From an uncultured Chloroflexia bacterium (lineage in GTDB: Bacteria; Chloroflexota; Chloroflexia; Thermomicrobiales; Thermomicrobiaceae): 64,000 bases of DNA. A program made the position numbers and the translations under genes. Location of the stretch: contig CAVSJP010000009.1 in assembly GCA_963728335.1 (NCBI GenBank), positions 5,403 to 69,402 of the forward strand. The letters run 5' to 3'. Positions 18,007-26,642 of this stretch are shown in pieces; the stretch's first letter is position 1, and the number at the start of each line of letters is the position of its first letter. The notes under the pieces were generated by a model. It saw nothing but the letters and a program-made list of their open reading frames with translations, did no database searches and was not told where the DNA came from.

Positions 18007-19455
18007 TTAGGTCGCGTCTTCCTCACCATCATCGGCCTGAGGGGATTCCTCCGTGGTCTCTGCACTTGCGGCGACCGCTTCCTCGGGTTGCGATCCCTCG
18101 CCACCGTCAGGCTCGTTGTCTGATTCTTGCTCTTGTTCTACTTCTTGTTCTTGCTGCTCTTGCACCTGTGCTTGCTGTTCTTGCACCTGCGCTTGTTGCT
18201 GTTGTTCGTCTTCGTCAGGCTCGATCTCCCGCGTCAGCAACTCGTGCTTCAGCTCAACGGCATCTTCGCCCAGGGCCGAGGCCACTTCTTCATCCGAAGC
18301 TTCCAATGCCCGGCGAAGGCTGAGCCCCATACGACGCCGCGCTGGATCAATACGGATGATTCGCAAGATCAAGTCCTGCCCCTCCGAGACGACTTGCCTC
18401 GGATGGCCGATCCGCTGCTCCGACAGCTCGGAGACGTGGATCAACCCCTCGATACCGTCTTCAATACGGGCAAACGCGCCGAAGTTCGCGAGCTGCGTCA
18501 CGGTGCCCATTACCAGCTGGCCGACTTCGTAGATCGCGGCAACCCGGCTCCAGGGCTCAGGCTGCGTACGCTTGATACTGAGAGCAATCTTCTTTTCTTG
18601 GGCGTTGATTCCCAAGACGTAGACGTCGATCTCGTCCCCAACGCTCAACACTTCGCTCGGGTGCTTGACCCGACTCCACGAGAGCTCGGACAGGTGGACG
18701 AGTCCATCGGCGCCGCCGATGTCGACGAACGCTCCGAAGTCGGTAATGCTGGTCACCCGGCCGCGGCGCGTTTCGCCTTCGTGGAGCTCCTCGATCAGGC
18801 GCTCCTTCATGACGTCTCGTTTTTCCTGGATCGCTTGCCGCTCCGAGAGAATCAGTCGATTCCGATGCCGGTTGATCTCAATGATCTTGAGCGGAAGCTT
18901 CGTGCCGATCAAGCGCGCCATATCGGCCTGCTTGCTCCCGTCGTCACCGCCACGGATTTCCGTAACCTGTGACGCAGGAACGAAGCCACGAACGCCATCT
19001 AGGTTCACCAGCAGACCACCCTTGTTGTAGTTGGTGACCTCGGCGTCGAGCATGTCGCCTGCCTCGTAGACCTCCTGCAGTCGCCGCCAACTCTTCTCGG
19101 CGAGCGCGCGATCGATCGAGAGGACTGCTTGACCTTCTTGGTTTTCCGGCTGAACCACGAACACAAGGACGCGGTCTCCCACGGCCAGATTACCGCGGTC
19201 CTCATCGGAGAGCGATGAAAATTCGCGTGCCGGGATAATGCCTTCCGATTTTGAACCGATGTCGATCAGCAGTTCGTCCCGATCGACATGCATGATCTGA
19301 CCTTCCATGACATCCCCGTAGTTGAGAACTCGGTAGTCATGGCTGGGATCGCTCAACAACTCTTCCATGAGCGACATCGGAGAGCGATCATCGTCCGCCA
19401 CCGACGCGGTCGACGTTGCTTCCTCATTACTCACGTTGAAATCCGTCCGATTCAT
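18007..19455 (-). CDS. rpsA: 30S ribosomal protein S1 with acidic/Gln-rich C-terminal tail
   Basis: Four or more S1 domains (e.g. GDVMEGQIMHVD, GDMLDAEVTNYNKGGLLV, GETRRGRVTSITDFGAFVDI, GQLVMGTVTQLANFGAFARI). The C-terminal tail reads QQQQAQVQEQQAQVQEQQEQEVEQEQESD.... Confidence 0.9.
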   Translation of the reverse strand: MNRTDFNVSNEEATSTASVADDDRSPMSLMEELLSDPSHDYRVLNYGDVMEGQIMHVDRDELLIDIGSKSEGIIPAREFSSLSDEDRGNLAVGDRVLVFVVQPENQEGQAVLSIDRALAEKSWRRLQEVYEAGDMLDAEVTNYNKGGLLVNLDGVRGFVPASQVTEIRGGDDGSKQADMARLIGTKLPLKIIEINRHRNRLILSERQAIQEKRDVMKERLIEELHEGETRRGRVTSITDFGAFVDIGGADGLVHLSELSWSRVKHPSEVLSVGDEIDVYVLGINAQEKKIALSIKRTQPEPWSRVAAIYEVGQLVMGTVTQLANFGAFARIEDGIEGLIHVSELSEQRIGHPRQVVSEGQDLILRIIRIDPARRRMGLSLRRALEASDEEVASALGEDAVELKHELLTREIEPDEDEQQQQAQVQEQQAQVQEQQEQEVEQEQESDNEPDGGEGSQPEEAVAASAETTEESPQADDGEEDAT

Positions 19456-19611
19456 ACACCTTCCTTGTGTCGCAGATTCGTCGGCCCGGTCTCGAGAAAC
19501 CGCGCTGTTTCGTACCTCTAAACCCTGGGCGCGACGTTAGCCGTGATTATAGTACGCCGCCAGACACTGAGGCAAGGCGACGGCATGCTGCCTGCGCGGG
19601 CGCAGTCTGCC

Positions 19612-20700
19612 TCACGGACGCAGCGAATCCGTCACGGACGACAGTGCCTCGAGCGTCCGCTCCAGCTCCGGCTGGTGCACCCAGCCCATATGACCGATCC
19701 GGATCGCCTTCCCCTGCAACTTCCCGAGTCCCCCTCCAATGTCGATCCCGTACTCCGACTTCATCGACGCCATCACCTTGCTCGCATCGACTCCATCCGG
19801 CGGAGTGACCGCCGTGACGGTATCGGAGACGTACTCCTCATCGGCAATGAGGCGGTAACCAAGTTCCGCCACTCCGCGCCGCACGAACGCGCCGAGTTTT
19901 GCGTGCCGTGCGTAGACGTTCTCCAGACCTTCGGCGTCGATCATGTCGCACGCCGCCTTCAGCGCGAAGAGCAGAGTCAGGGGCGAGGTCGTCGGCGTCA
20001 TGCCTTGCTTGGCCCGGTCGGCAGCCGTCTTGAGATCCCAGAAGAAGCGCGGATAGTTGGCCGACTCGTAGGCCTCGAAGATCCGGTCGCCGACGCCGAC
20101 GATGACCAGCCCCGGAGGACACATCCACGCCTTCTGCGAGCCGCTAAAGATGAGGTCGATGTTCCACCGATCCATCTCGATTGGAATGCCGCCCGCCGCG
20201 CTCACAGCGTCGACCAGCAGGAGCGGGCCACGATCTCGAACCAACGGCCCGACGTCATGCAGTGGGTTCGCCAAGCCTGTCGACGTCTCGTTATAGGTAT
20301 AGAGAACCGCCTTGGCGTCCGGGTGCTTATCCAGCTCCTCCGCCACAATCGAAGGAGTCGCGGCACGGCCCCAGGGCAGCTCGACTCGTACCACGTCCAG
20401 GCCGAGTTGTGAAGCGACGCTGCAGAAGCGGTCGCCAAAGCTGCCGCTGATGAAGCCGACAACTTTGTCCCCCGGCGAGAGGGAGTTCACGATCGCGAAC
20501 TCAAACCCGGCCGAGCCACTCCCGGGGAGCACCAGCGCAGTGTTCGACGTTCCATGAAATCGACGCAACTGCTCCAGCAGCGAGGTGAAGAGCGCGCGGA
20601 ATTCTTCATTGCGATGCGGGATCATCTCGTGCTGCATTGCCTGCATGACTTCCGGAGGAAGCGGTGTTGGTCCCGGTATGCGAAGGTCTGTTGCTGCCAT
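19612..20700 (-). CDS. Class V aminotransferase (serine-pyruvate / alanine-glyoxylate aminotransferase family)
   Basis: 362 aa with 'FSGSQKAWMCPPGL' (PLP-lysine motif SxSQK) and the overall AGXT-like layout. Confidence 0.85.
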   Translation of the reverse strand: MAATDLRIPGPTPLPPEVMQAMQHEMIPHRNEEFRALFTSLLEQLRRFHGTSNTALVLPGSGSAGFEFAIVNSLSPGDKVVGFISGSFGDRFCSVASQLGLDVVRVELPWGRAATPSIVAEELDKHPDAKAVLYTYNETSTGLANPLHDVGPLVRDRGPLLLVDAVSAAGGIPIEMDRWNIDLIFSGSQKAWMCPPGLVIVGVGDRIFEAYESANYPRFFWDLKTAADRAKQGMTPTTSPLTLLFALKAACDMIDAEGLENVYARHAKLGAFVRRGVAELGYRLIADEEYVSDTVTAVTPPDGVDASKVMASMKSEYGIDIGGGLGKLQGKAIRIGHMGWVHQPELERTLEALSSVTDSLRP

Positions 20701-21005
20701 CTCCTCGTATCCTCTCTGTCATCGTGGCCAATGTGGCCGCACGGCCTGATGTGCAACTCGTATCCGACATGGCGAGCATCGTCGTTCGCCGGATGAAGGC
20801 GATCCGTGAGTTCCCCCTGAGCGCCGACCATCACGCTATGATAGTCTCCGATACGCCGCTGTATCGTTTCGACTCCCGCGATCCTACCTGCACGGCGTCC
20901 CCCTGCACAGATCGAGCAGTACCGAAAGATCATGCAGCCCACGTTGATGCAGGGTGTTCACGATTGATGAACATCCGTCTCACACGCGATATTCCGTCGT
21001 TGCGA

Positions 21006-21551
21006 CTATCTGGGAGAGAGAAATCGAAGTTCGGCATCGATCGAATCATCGATGCGCAGGATACCGTAGGAATAGGACGGCTCCCACCGACGCTGCGTCG
21101 GAGAACCTGGATTGAAGAGAAGTGTATCGTCGTGCCAGTCACAATAGGGACGATGAGAATGCCCGAATATGGCGATGTCGAACTTGCCTTGCAGCTCCTG
21201 CTCCGCGGCCTGGCGAGCGGTCAGGCGACCGAATCCATGACCGTGAATCATGGCGGCGGTGAACTTCCCGAAGCGAAAGGTGCGTATAGCGGGCAGGCAC
21301 CTCATCAATGCTGGGGCGTCGTTGTTACCGTAGACGCCCCGCATTTCACCGAGACTGGCGATCTCCTCGTAACCGGCCACGCTACAGAAGTCACCCGCGT
21401 GGAGGATGAGATCGACACCTTTCAGCAACGTTGCGACCTGATCCGGTAGTTCGATCAGCCGACTGCCAAAATGCGTGTCGGCGATGACCCCGATAGTGAT
21501 CGGGGTCTCGAACACCTCAGGCTGCTTTTGCTCGCTCAAGAATTCCGGCAC
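21006..21551 (-). CDS. YfcE/MJ0936-family metallophosphoesterase
   Basis: 'GVIADTHFG', 'ILHAGDF', 'YGNND' and 'IFGHSHRP' motifs. The track start at 21551 is GTG and overlaps the upstream gene by 35 nt. An alternative GTG at 21515 removes the overlap. Confidence 0.85.
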   Translation of the reverse strand: MPEFLSEQKQPEVFETPITIGVIADTHFGSRLIELPDQVATLLKGVDLILHAGDFCSVAGYEEIASLGEMRGVYGNNDAPALMRCLPAIRTFRFGKFTAAMIHGHGFGRLTARQAAEQELQGKFDIAIFGHSHRPYCDWHDDTLLFNPGSPTQRRWEPSYSYGILRIDDSIDAELRFLSPR

Positions 21552-22428
21552 GTTCCATAATGTCCCTGATGGCCGCGCGTTCAGCGTCGCTCGCCGGCAG
21601 CAGTGGCGGACGCGGGTCGCCGCCGAAGAGTCCGACCATATCCATCGCGGCCTTCAATCCAGCTATACCGAACCGAGACGTGACCGCCGCATTCGGCTCG
21701 AGCATCTGCTGTTGCAAACGTAGCGCCGCTCCGTGGTCGCCCTTCTCGAACAACCGCACGATCTCCTGGCACTGGCCCGGCGCGACATTGCCGAGGGCAA
21801 GGATACCGCCGGCACCGCCCAGGCAGAGCGCGGGATACAGGAAGTTCGCGGACCCTGCCAGGACCGAGAAGTCGTCCGGCGTGCGCGCGACGAGCTCTGC
21901 AACTTTCGGCGCGTTTCCGCCACTGTCTTTGATTCCGACGATGTTGTCGTGCTTGGCGATCTCAACCACGGTGTCGACCGGCAAGTCGACGCCCGTATAG
22001 GCGGCCATCACGTAGATCACGACCGGAATCGGAGAAGCGTCTGCGATGGCGTGGAAGTGCCGGACATAGGCAGCCTTGTCATAGCGCGGCTTGTAGTAGT
22101 GGGGAGTGACCACGAGGGCGAAATCGGCGCCGAATTCCGCCGCCTTCTTCGTTAGCTCGATTGTTCCCCGCGTTGACTCCATCCCAGTCCCGGCGACGAC
22201 CTTCTTTCGACCGTTGATCGCCTTCACGCCCGCCTCGATGAGGCGCGTCTTTTCGTCCAGCGACAGGCTGACATATTCGCCGTTTGAACCCATGATCGCG
22301 ACACCATCGAGCGCGGAACCGGCGTACCAGTCAAGATTCGACGCATAGTGATCGAGATCGAGCTCGCCGTTCGAATCAAATGTCGTCGCGACCGGCGCGA
22401 ATACGCCAACCGGATGTGACCGTGCCAT
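21517..22428 (-). CDS. Dihydrodipicolinate synthase (DapA/HOGA/KDG-aldolase) family lyase
   Basis: 'GVAIMGSNGEY', 'VVAGTG', 'TPHYYKP' and Schiff-base lysine context 'IVGIKDSGGN'. ATG at 22428; the track ORF is extended to 22617. Confidence 0.85.
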   Translation of the reverse strand: MARSHPVGVFAPVATTFDSNGELDLDHYASNLDWYAGSALDGVAIMGSNGEYVSLSLDEKTRLIEAGVKAINGRKKVVAGTGMESTRGTIELTKKAAEFGADFALVVTPHYYKPRYDKAAYVRHFHAIADASPIPVVIYVMAAYTGVDLPVDTVVEIAKHDNIVGIKDSGGNAPKVAELVARTPDDFSVLAGSANFLYPALCLGGAGGILALGNVAPGQCQEIVRLFEKGDHGAALRLQQQMLEPNAAVTSRFGIAGLKAAMDMVGLFGGDPRPPLLPASDAERAAIRDIMERAGILERAKAA

Positions 22429-22451
22429 GCTGCAGCTCCTTTCGCTCAGAA

Positions 22452-22799
22452 CTATTTCCGTTCGAATGCTCGGGACAGCGCTCCGTTGATGATCCCGGCG
22501 ATGATCGCTCCAACAAGCGCCGCCACGAATGTGATCGTAACCCCATTTACCAGTTTTGCCCCAACGTAGAAGACCACCCCATTCACGACGAGCGCTGATA
22601 GGCCCAGCGTGAGACATGTCAATGGCGCCGTAACGAATCGCAGAATGGGTCGAATCAACGCATTGAGTATCGTCAAGACAATCGCAAACGCCACCACCGT
22701 GCCGTAGTTTGTATAGCTCACACGGCTGGGAACGAGCGCTGCCAGGATGACGAGTGTCGCCCCGTTGGCGATGAGATAGAGCAGCAATTTCACAAGCAC
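22452..22799 (-). CDS. DUF360 / phage-holin-4-like small membrane protein (YvlD family)
   Basis: 115 aa with 3-4 TM helices, 'ILNALIRPIL..VT.PLT.LTLGL' and 'NG..F'. Confidence 0.7.
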   Translation of the reverse strand: MLVKLLLYLIANGATLVILAALVPSRVSYTNYGTVVAFAIVLTILNALIRPILRFVTAPLTCLTLGLSALVVNGVVFYVGAKLVNGVTITFVAALVGAIIAGIINGALSRAFERK

Positions 22800-22844
22800 G
22801 TTATGTCCTTTTGCAGTCGCCTCGTCGGAGACCCTGGGCTCCGG

Positions 22845-24365
22845 CTACGTTTCCAGTTGGTCGATTCCGGCGACCGAAACGGTGCGGAACCGGCGCGGCG
22901 GCACCGGCGGCGCGCTCAGTGCCAGGATCATGCCACACACGATCCAGAACAGCGCGGTCATGTGCGCAAACGTGATGTTGAAGTAATAGTGATCAAAAAT
23001 GCCGACGGTCAGCGCGCTCGCCAGGGCGGCCAGCAGGCCGAGCAGCAGATCGCCACGGACCGAATCCGGATCGCGACGCCAGGCGCGGAAACCCGCCAGT
23101 GCAATCGAGCCGACGGCGATCAAAAATATCGCCAGTCCAACGAGTCCGACCCGTTCCCCCAGGGTCAAGTAGATGCTGGATACACCTGTCTGCTGGTCGA
23201 TAGACGGCGCGTTCCCAAATCCAACACCGAACAAGGGGTGCGTTTTGATGATCGCGAGCGCATTCCGATATTCCGCCAGCCGGAGCTTTGTCGCCGGATC
23301 TTGCAGCGTCAGGCCCAACCACATTCGGTGCACGAAGTTCGCGCCAAATCCGAGAAACGCGACTGGAATTGCCGCTGCCACGCCGGGCAGAATCAGCCAT
23401 CGGTATCGCAGCAGCGCCAGGACAGCCAGTCCGGCGGCGATGCCCACCCAGGCCCCCCGTGAATAGGTCAGCAGGGTGGCCAGGCCACAGAGTCCGAAGG
23501 CAGGCAGCGTTACCCAGCGTGCGACCGACTGGTGACGCGCGATCAGCAGCGCGCACGCCAGCACAACCATCACGGCGAGTAGTCCTCCGAACGAGTTCGG
23601 GTCGACCGAGGTCGAGGTCAGGCGCATCGACTTGGCTGGATTGTCCTCGATGTAGCGGACGATGCGCGACGACGGATAGCCGTATGGGATCAGCCGCACG
23701 AGCACTCGGGTCGTCAGACTCGCCCCTCCCGCATAGAGGGCGAGCCCGATGAACGCCGCCGCCCCGCCGCCCAGCAGCAGGACAGTCGCGAGACGCCGCG
23801 CATCATCCAGCTTCGCGGCCACATTCCAGACGACGAAGACGAGCAGCAGCGCCAGCAGGAATTTGCCGTAGTCGTGAAACGTCGCGGTCGTGTAGCCGTT
23901 TGTCACGCCGATCAAAAAGGCGAACGCGGTCTCTGCCATGAAGAGGACGATCAGCAGCGCCTGCGTGCCGGCCGCCAGGCGTTGATCCCGCTTCAGCAGG
24001 AGCGTCACCAGCCACGTGCCCACTGCGACTGCTGACGAGGCTTCCAGCAGAGTCAGCGTGAGTCCCAGATGAAACGGGACGACGGCAAACGGCAGCAGCG
24101 TCACCACTCCGATTGTCGCCCAGATCGCCGCGCGCACGTCTGCGAGCATGACAATTCCGGCCGCCGCACCCAGTAACAACGCCAGCGTTCCCACCAGGCT
24201 GTACTGAGTCTCGATCTTGCCCAAAAGCAACCCACCGGCGACCGCTACCACGACGCCAAGCACGCCGAGCAGACCGCGGGGAAGATGCAAAGCCGCTGAA
24301 TGAGGAAACGGCGGAAGATACTGTCGTCGGGGTCGCCGCTGGCGTTGTGGATCGGCGATGGTCAC
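22845..24365 (-). CDS. O-antigen ligase / Wzy_C-family polytopic membrane protein
   Basis: More than 10 TM helices and a 'LTYSRGAWVGIAAGLAVLALL' Wzy_C-type motif. Confidence 0.8.
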   Translation of the reverse strand: MTIADPQRQRRPRRQYLPPFPHSAALHLPRGLLGVLGVVVAVAGGLLLGKIETQYSLVGTLALLLGAAAGIVMLADVRAAIWATIGVVTLLPFAVVPFHLGLTLTLLEASSAVAVGTWLVTLLLKRDQRLAAGTQALLIVLFMAETAFAFLIGVTNGYTTATFHDYGKFLLALLLVFVVWNVAAKLDDARRLATVLLLGGGAAAFIGLALYAGGASLTTRVLVRLIPYGYPSSRIVRYIEDNPAKSMRLTSTSVDPNSFGGLLAVMVVLACALLIARHQSVARWVTLPAFGLCGLATLLTYSRGAWVGIAAGLAVLALLRYRWLILPGVAAAIPVAFLGFGANFVHRMWLGLTLQDPATKLRLAEYRNALAIIKTHPLFGVGFGNAPSIDQQTGVSSIYLTLGERVGLVGLAIFLIAVGSIALAGFRAWRRDPDSVRGDLLLGLLAALASALTVGIFDHYYFNITFAHMTALFWIVCGMILALSAPPVPPRRFRTVSVAGIDQLET

Positions 24366-24567
24366 TCCGGCACCAACCCTGGTTGTTCACACCCGAACGC
24401 TGAATTGCATGTCCCTTTCCGGGAAGGTTCGACGAGCATTCGACTCGCTCGGTGGGGAGCCCGGTACCCGTTGGGTGCTAGTCCCTCCGGAGCATGGCGC
24501 CGGTAATTTATGACGGGAGCGCAACAGGCACTCCCTTACGTGAGTCTCAAGCGCCTTGACCTCTGCG

Positions 24568-25428
24568 TTAGCCACGCCAACCCTCGCGTAGTAGCACCGA
24601 GAACCGGTCGAACAGGTATTGCTCAATGCCGTCATCGACCGAATCAGGCTGTCTACCGTTCCAGATCGACTCATAGCCCCGGTGAACGTCGACCAGAAAT
24701 GACGGTTCGAGCGGATAATCGTTGTGGCACGGGTAGAGCGCGGAGAGACTCGGGGCGAGTTCAGCGAGAGTCTTGAGCGTGTCACGGTAAACCGCTGGAT
24801 CGCTGTGGTCCAGGTGCACGTAGAGTGCGCCCGCGTAGACCGCGTCACCAACCAGCGCCACGCCCGTCGATTCCTCGACCAACGTGATTCCACCCGGTGA
24901 GTGCCCAGGGGTATTCACGACCGTGAATTCGCGTCCGCCGATGTCGATGTGTTCTCCACCGCTCAGCGTCCGTTCCGGCTCGACCCCAGGAATCGAAAAG
25001 CTTTCCACGTCAATCCACTCGGGTACTCCGTTGGTGAACTCCTCAGGCGCCAGAAACCGCCGCGTTCGGGCGTTAGGAACGCCGGCTCTGAGATCATTGG
25101 CCTCTGTCTCGTGCACCCAGACGCGCTCGAAACGCCAGTCGTCACCGGCGTGGTCCCAGTGAGCGTGGCTGTTCACCACCAACACCGGCTTCGGTGTGAT
25201 TTGGTCGACCACCCGCTTGATGTTTCCGATGCCCGTGCCCGTGTCGAAGAGCAGCGCCAGGTCATCCCCGAGAGCGAGAAACGACTTCACGTTTTCCTCG
25301 TGGCCCGGTTCGCCGATACCAATGATGTCATGCTCGAAGCGCCGTACTTCGAACCAGTCCGCCGCTGCACTCACGTCGTGTTGCCCTCCATCATGCGATC
25401 CATAGCCCGATCCCGGTGATCGCGCCAA
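24568..25428 (-). CDS. MBL-fold metallo-hydrolase
   Basis: 'VVNSHAHWDHAGD' (HxHxDH) and 'TPGHSPG'. Confidence 0.85.
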   Translation of the reverse strand: MARSPGSGYGSHDGGQHDVSAAADWFEVRRFEHDIIGIGEPGHEENVKSFLALGDDLALLFDTGTGIGNIKRVVDQITPKPVLVVNSHAHWDHAGDDWRFERVWVHETEANDLRAGVPNARTRRFLAPEEFTNGVPEWIDVESFSIPGVEPERTLSGGEHIDIGGREFTVVNTPGHSPGGITLVEESTGVALVGDAVYAGALYVHLDHSDPAVYRDTLKTLAELAPSLSALYPCHNDYPLEPSFLVDVHRGYESIWNGRQPDSVDDGIEQYLFDRFSVLLREGWRG

Positions 25429-25430
25429 GC

Positions 25431-26621
25431 CTACCCAATCAGAATCGGTTCGATCTGCGGCGGGGACAAGAAGTCGCAGCCGTCTGACGTCACGACCACG
25501 TCCTCTTCAAGGCTCACTCTGCCGTAGCCCGGCACGTTTGTCGCAATTTCCAACGTGAAGACCTGAGATTCTTCCACGGTGTCATACGGGCGCTGACCGT
25601 AGCGATCCCAACGCGGACCAAGCAGGCACCCGCCATCGTGGACGGCGCGTCCGATCTGATGTCCCAACGCGAAGCCCCACTCCTCCAGCCCTTCGCGTTC
25701 GAACGTCTCGCGCGCCACCTGATCGACCTCCCAGCCCTTCACACCCGGCTTGAGCCGTTTGGCGGCGTCCTGGATCACTCCGGAGATGATGCGAAAAGCT
25801 CGCTGAACTGGCTCCGGCGCCTCATCCTCGCCCTCGGCGAGGATGTAATAGGTGCGCTGCATGTCGGAGGTGTAGTCGTCCTGCTTCACTCCGAAGTCGA
25901 GCGTCAGCAGTTGGCCGCGCTCGATGGTCACCTCGGTCGGCCCGACGTGACCGATGGGTGAGTCCGTCCCGCACGTCACGCCCGGGCAGTAGTGCCAGTC
26001 CCATGCCGAGCCAATACCCCGCTCCGTCAGCTGACGGTGCATGAAGTCTGCGATCTCAATCTCAGATGCGCCCGGTCTGAGCCATTCTTCGAGCCGGTTC
26101 CAGATCTCGTTTGTCGTCCCGACGGCCTGCCGGATACGTCGCAGCTCGTCGGCCGATTTGCGGCTCCGCACCTTCGAAGCGATCGGCTCCGCCGAGACGA
26201 CTCGCTCCCAATACGGCGTCGATTCGAGCATCTCCTGGAGCCGCAAGTACATGCCATGAGTCAAGCCATCAGCCATGGTGTTGTCGGTCGCATAGTTGAG
26301 CGCGATTTGGTTCGGGTCAAACCGCTCGACGGCCGATCTGAGTGCGTCGCCCGGACTCTGCACGTATCCCACGACCACGTTCCAGGCGCCGGTCTGCTTG
26401 ATGTTCTCGACGTCGCCGGTGCCGACGATGGCAACGTTTTCACCCGTGCGCGAAATCAGGAAGAAGGATTCCCAGGTCACGCTCGTCCCGACCACGAGCG
26501 CCAGGCTCGGGTCGCCGAGCACGTCACTCTCGCGGGCCACGATCATCCAGAGATCGACGTCGAGTTCCTCCAGTACCTGCTGCGCCTGAGCCAGCTTCTC
26601 TCGAACCAGATTGCCTGCCAC
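25431..26621 (-). CDS. M24-family Xaa-Pro peptidase (creatinase/prolidase N-domain + pita-bread domain)
   Basis: 396 aa. 'LTLDFGVKQDDYTSDMQRT', 'GHQIGRAVHDGG' and 'FTLE...GYGRVSLEEDV' match the M24B metal-ligand pattern. Confidence 0.8.
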   Translation of the reverse strand: MAGNLVREKLAQAQQVLEELDVDLWMIVARESDVLGDPSLALVVGTSVTWESFFLISRTGENVAIVGTGDVENIKQTGAWNVVVGYVQSPGDALRSAVERFDPNQIALNYATDNTMADGLTHGMYLRLQEMLESTPYWERVVSAEPIASKVRSRKSADELRRIRQAVGTTNEIWNRLEEWLRPGASEIEIADFMHRQLTERGIGSAWDWHYCPGVTCGTDSPIGHVGPTEVTIERGQLLTLDFGVKQDDYTSDMQRTYYILAEGEDEAPEPVQRAFRIISGVIQDAAKRLKPGVKGWEVDQVARETFEREGLEEWGFALGHQIGRAVHDGGCLLGPRWDRYGQRPYDTVEESQVFTLEIATNVPGYGRVSLEEDVVVTSDGCDFLSPPQIEPILIG

Positions 26622-26642
26622 CTTGTTCAGTCCCTTCTCGCG

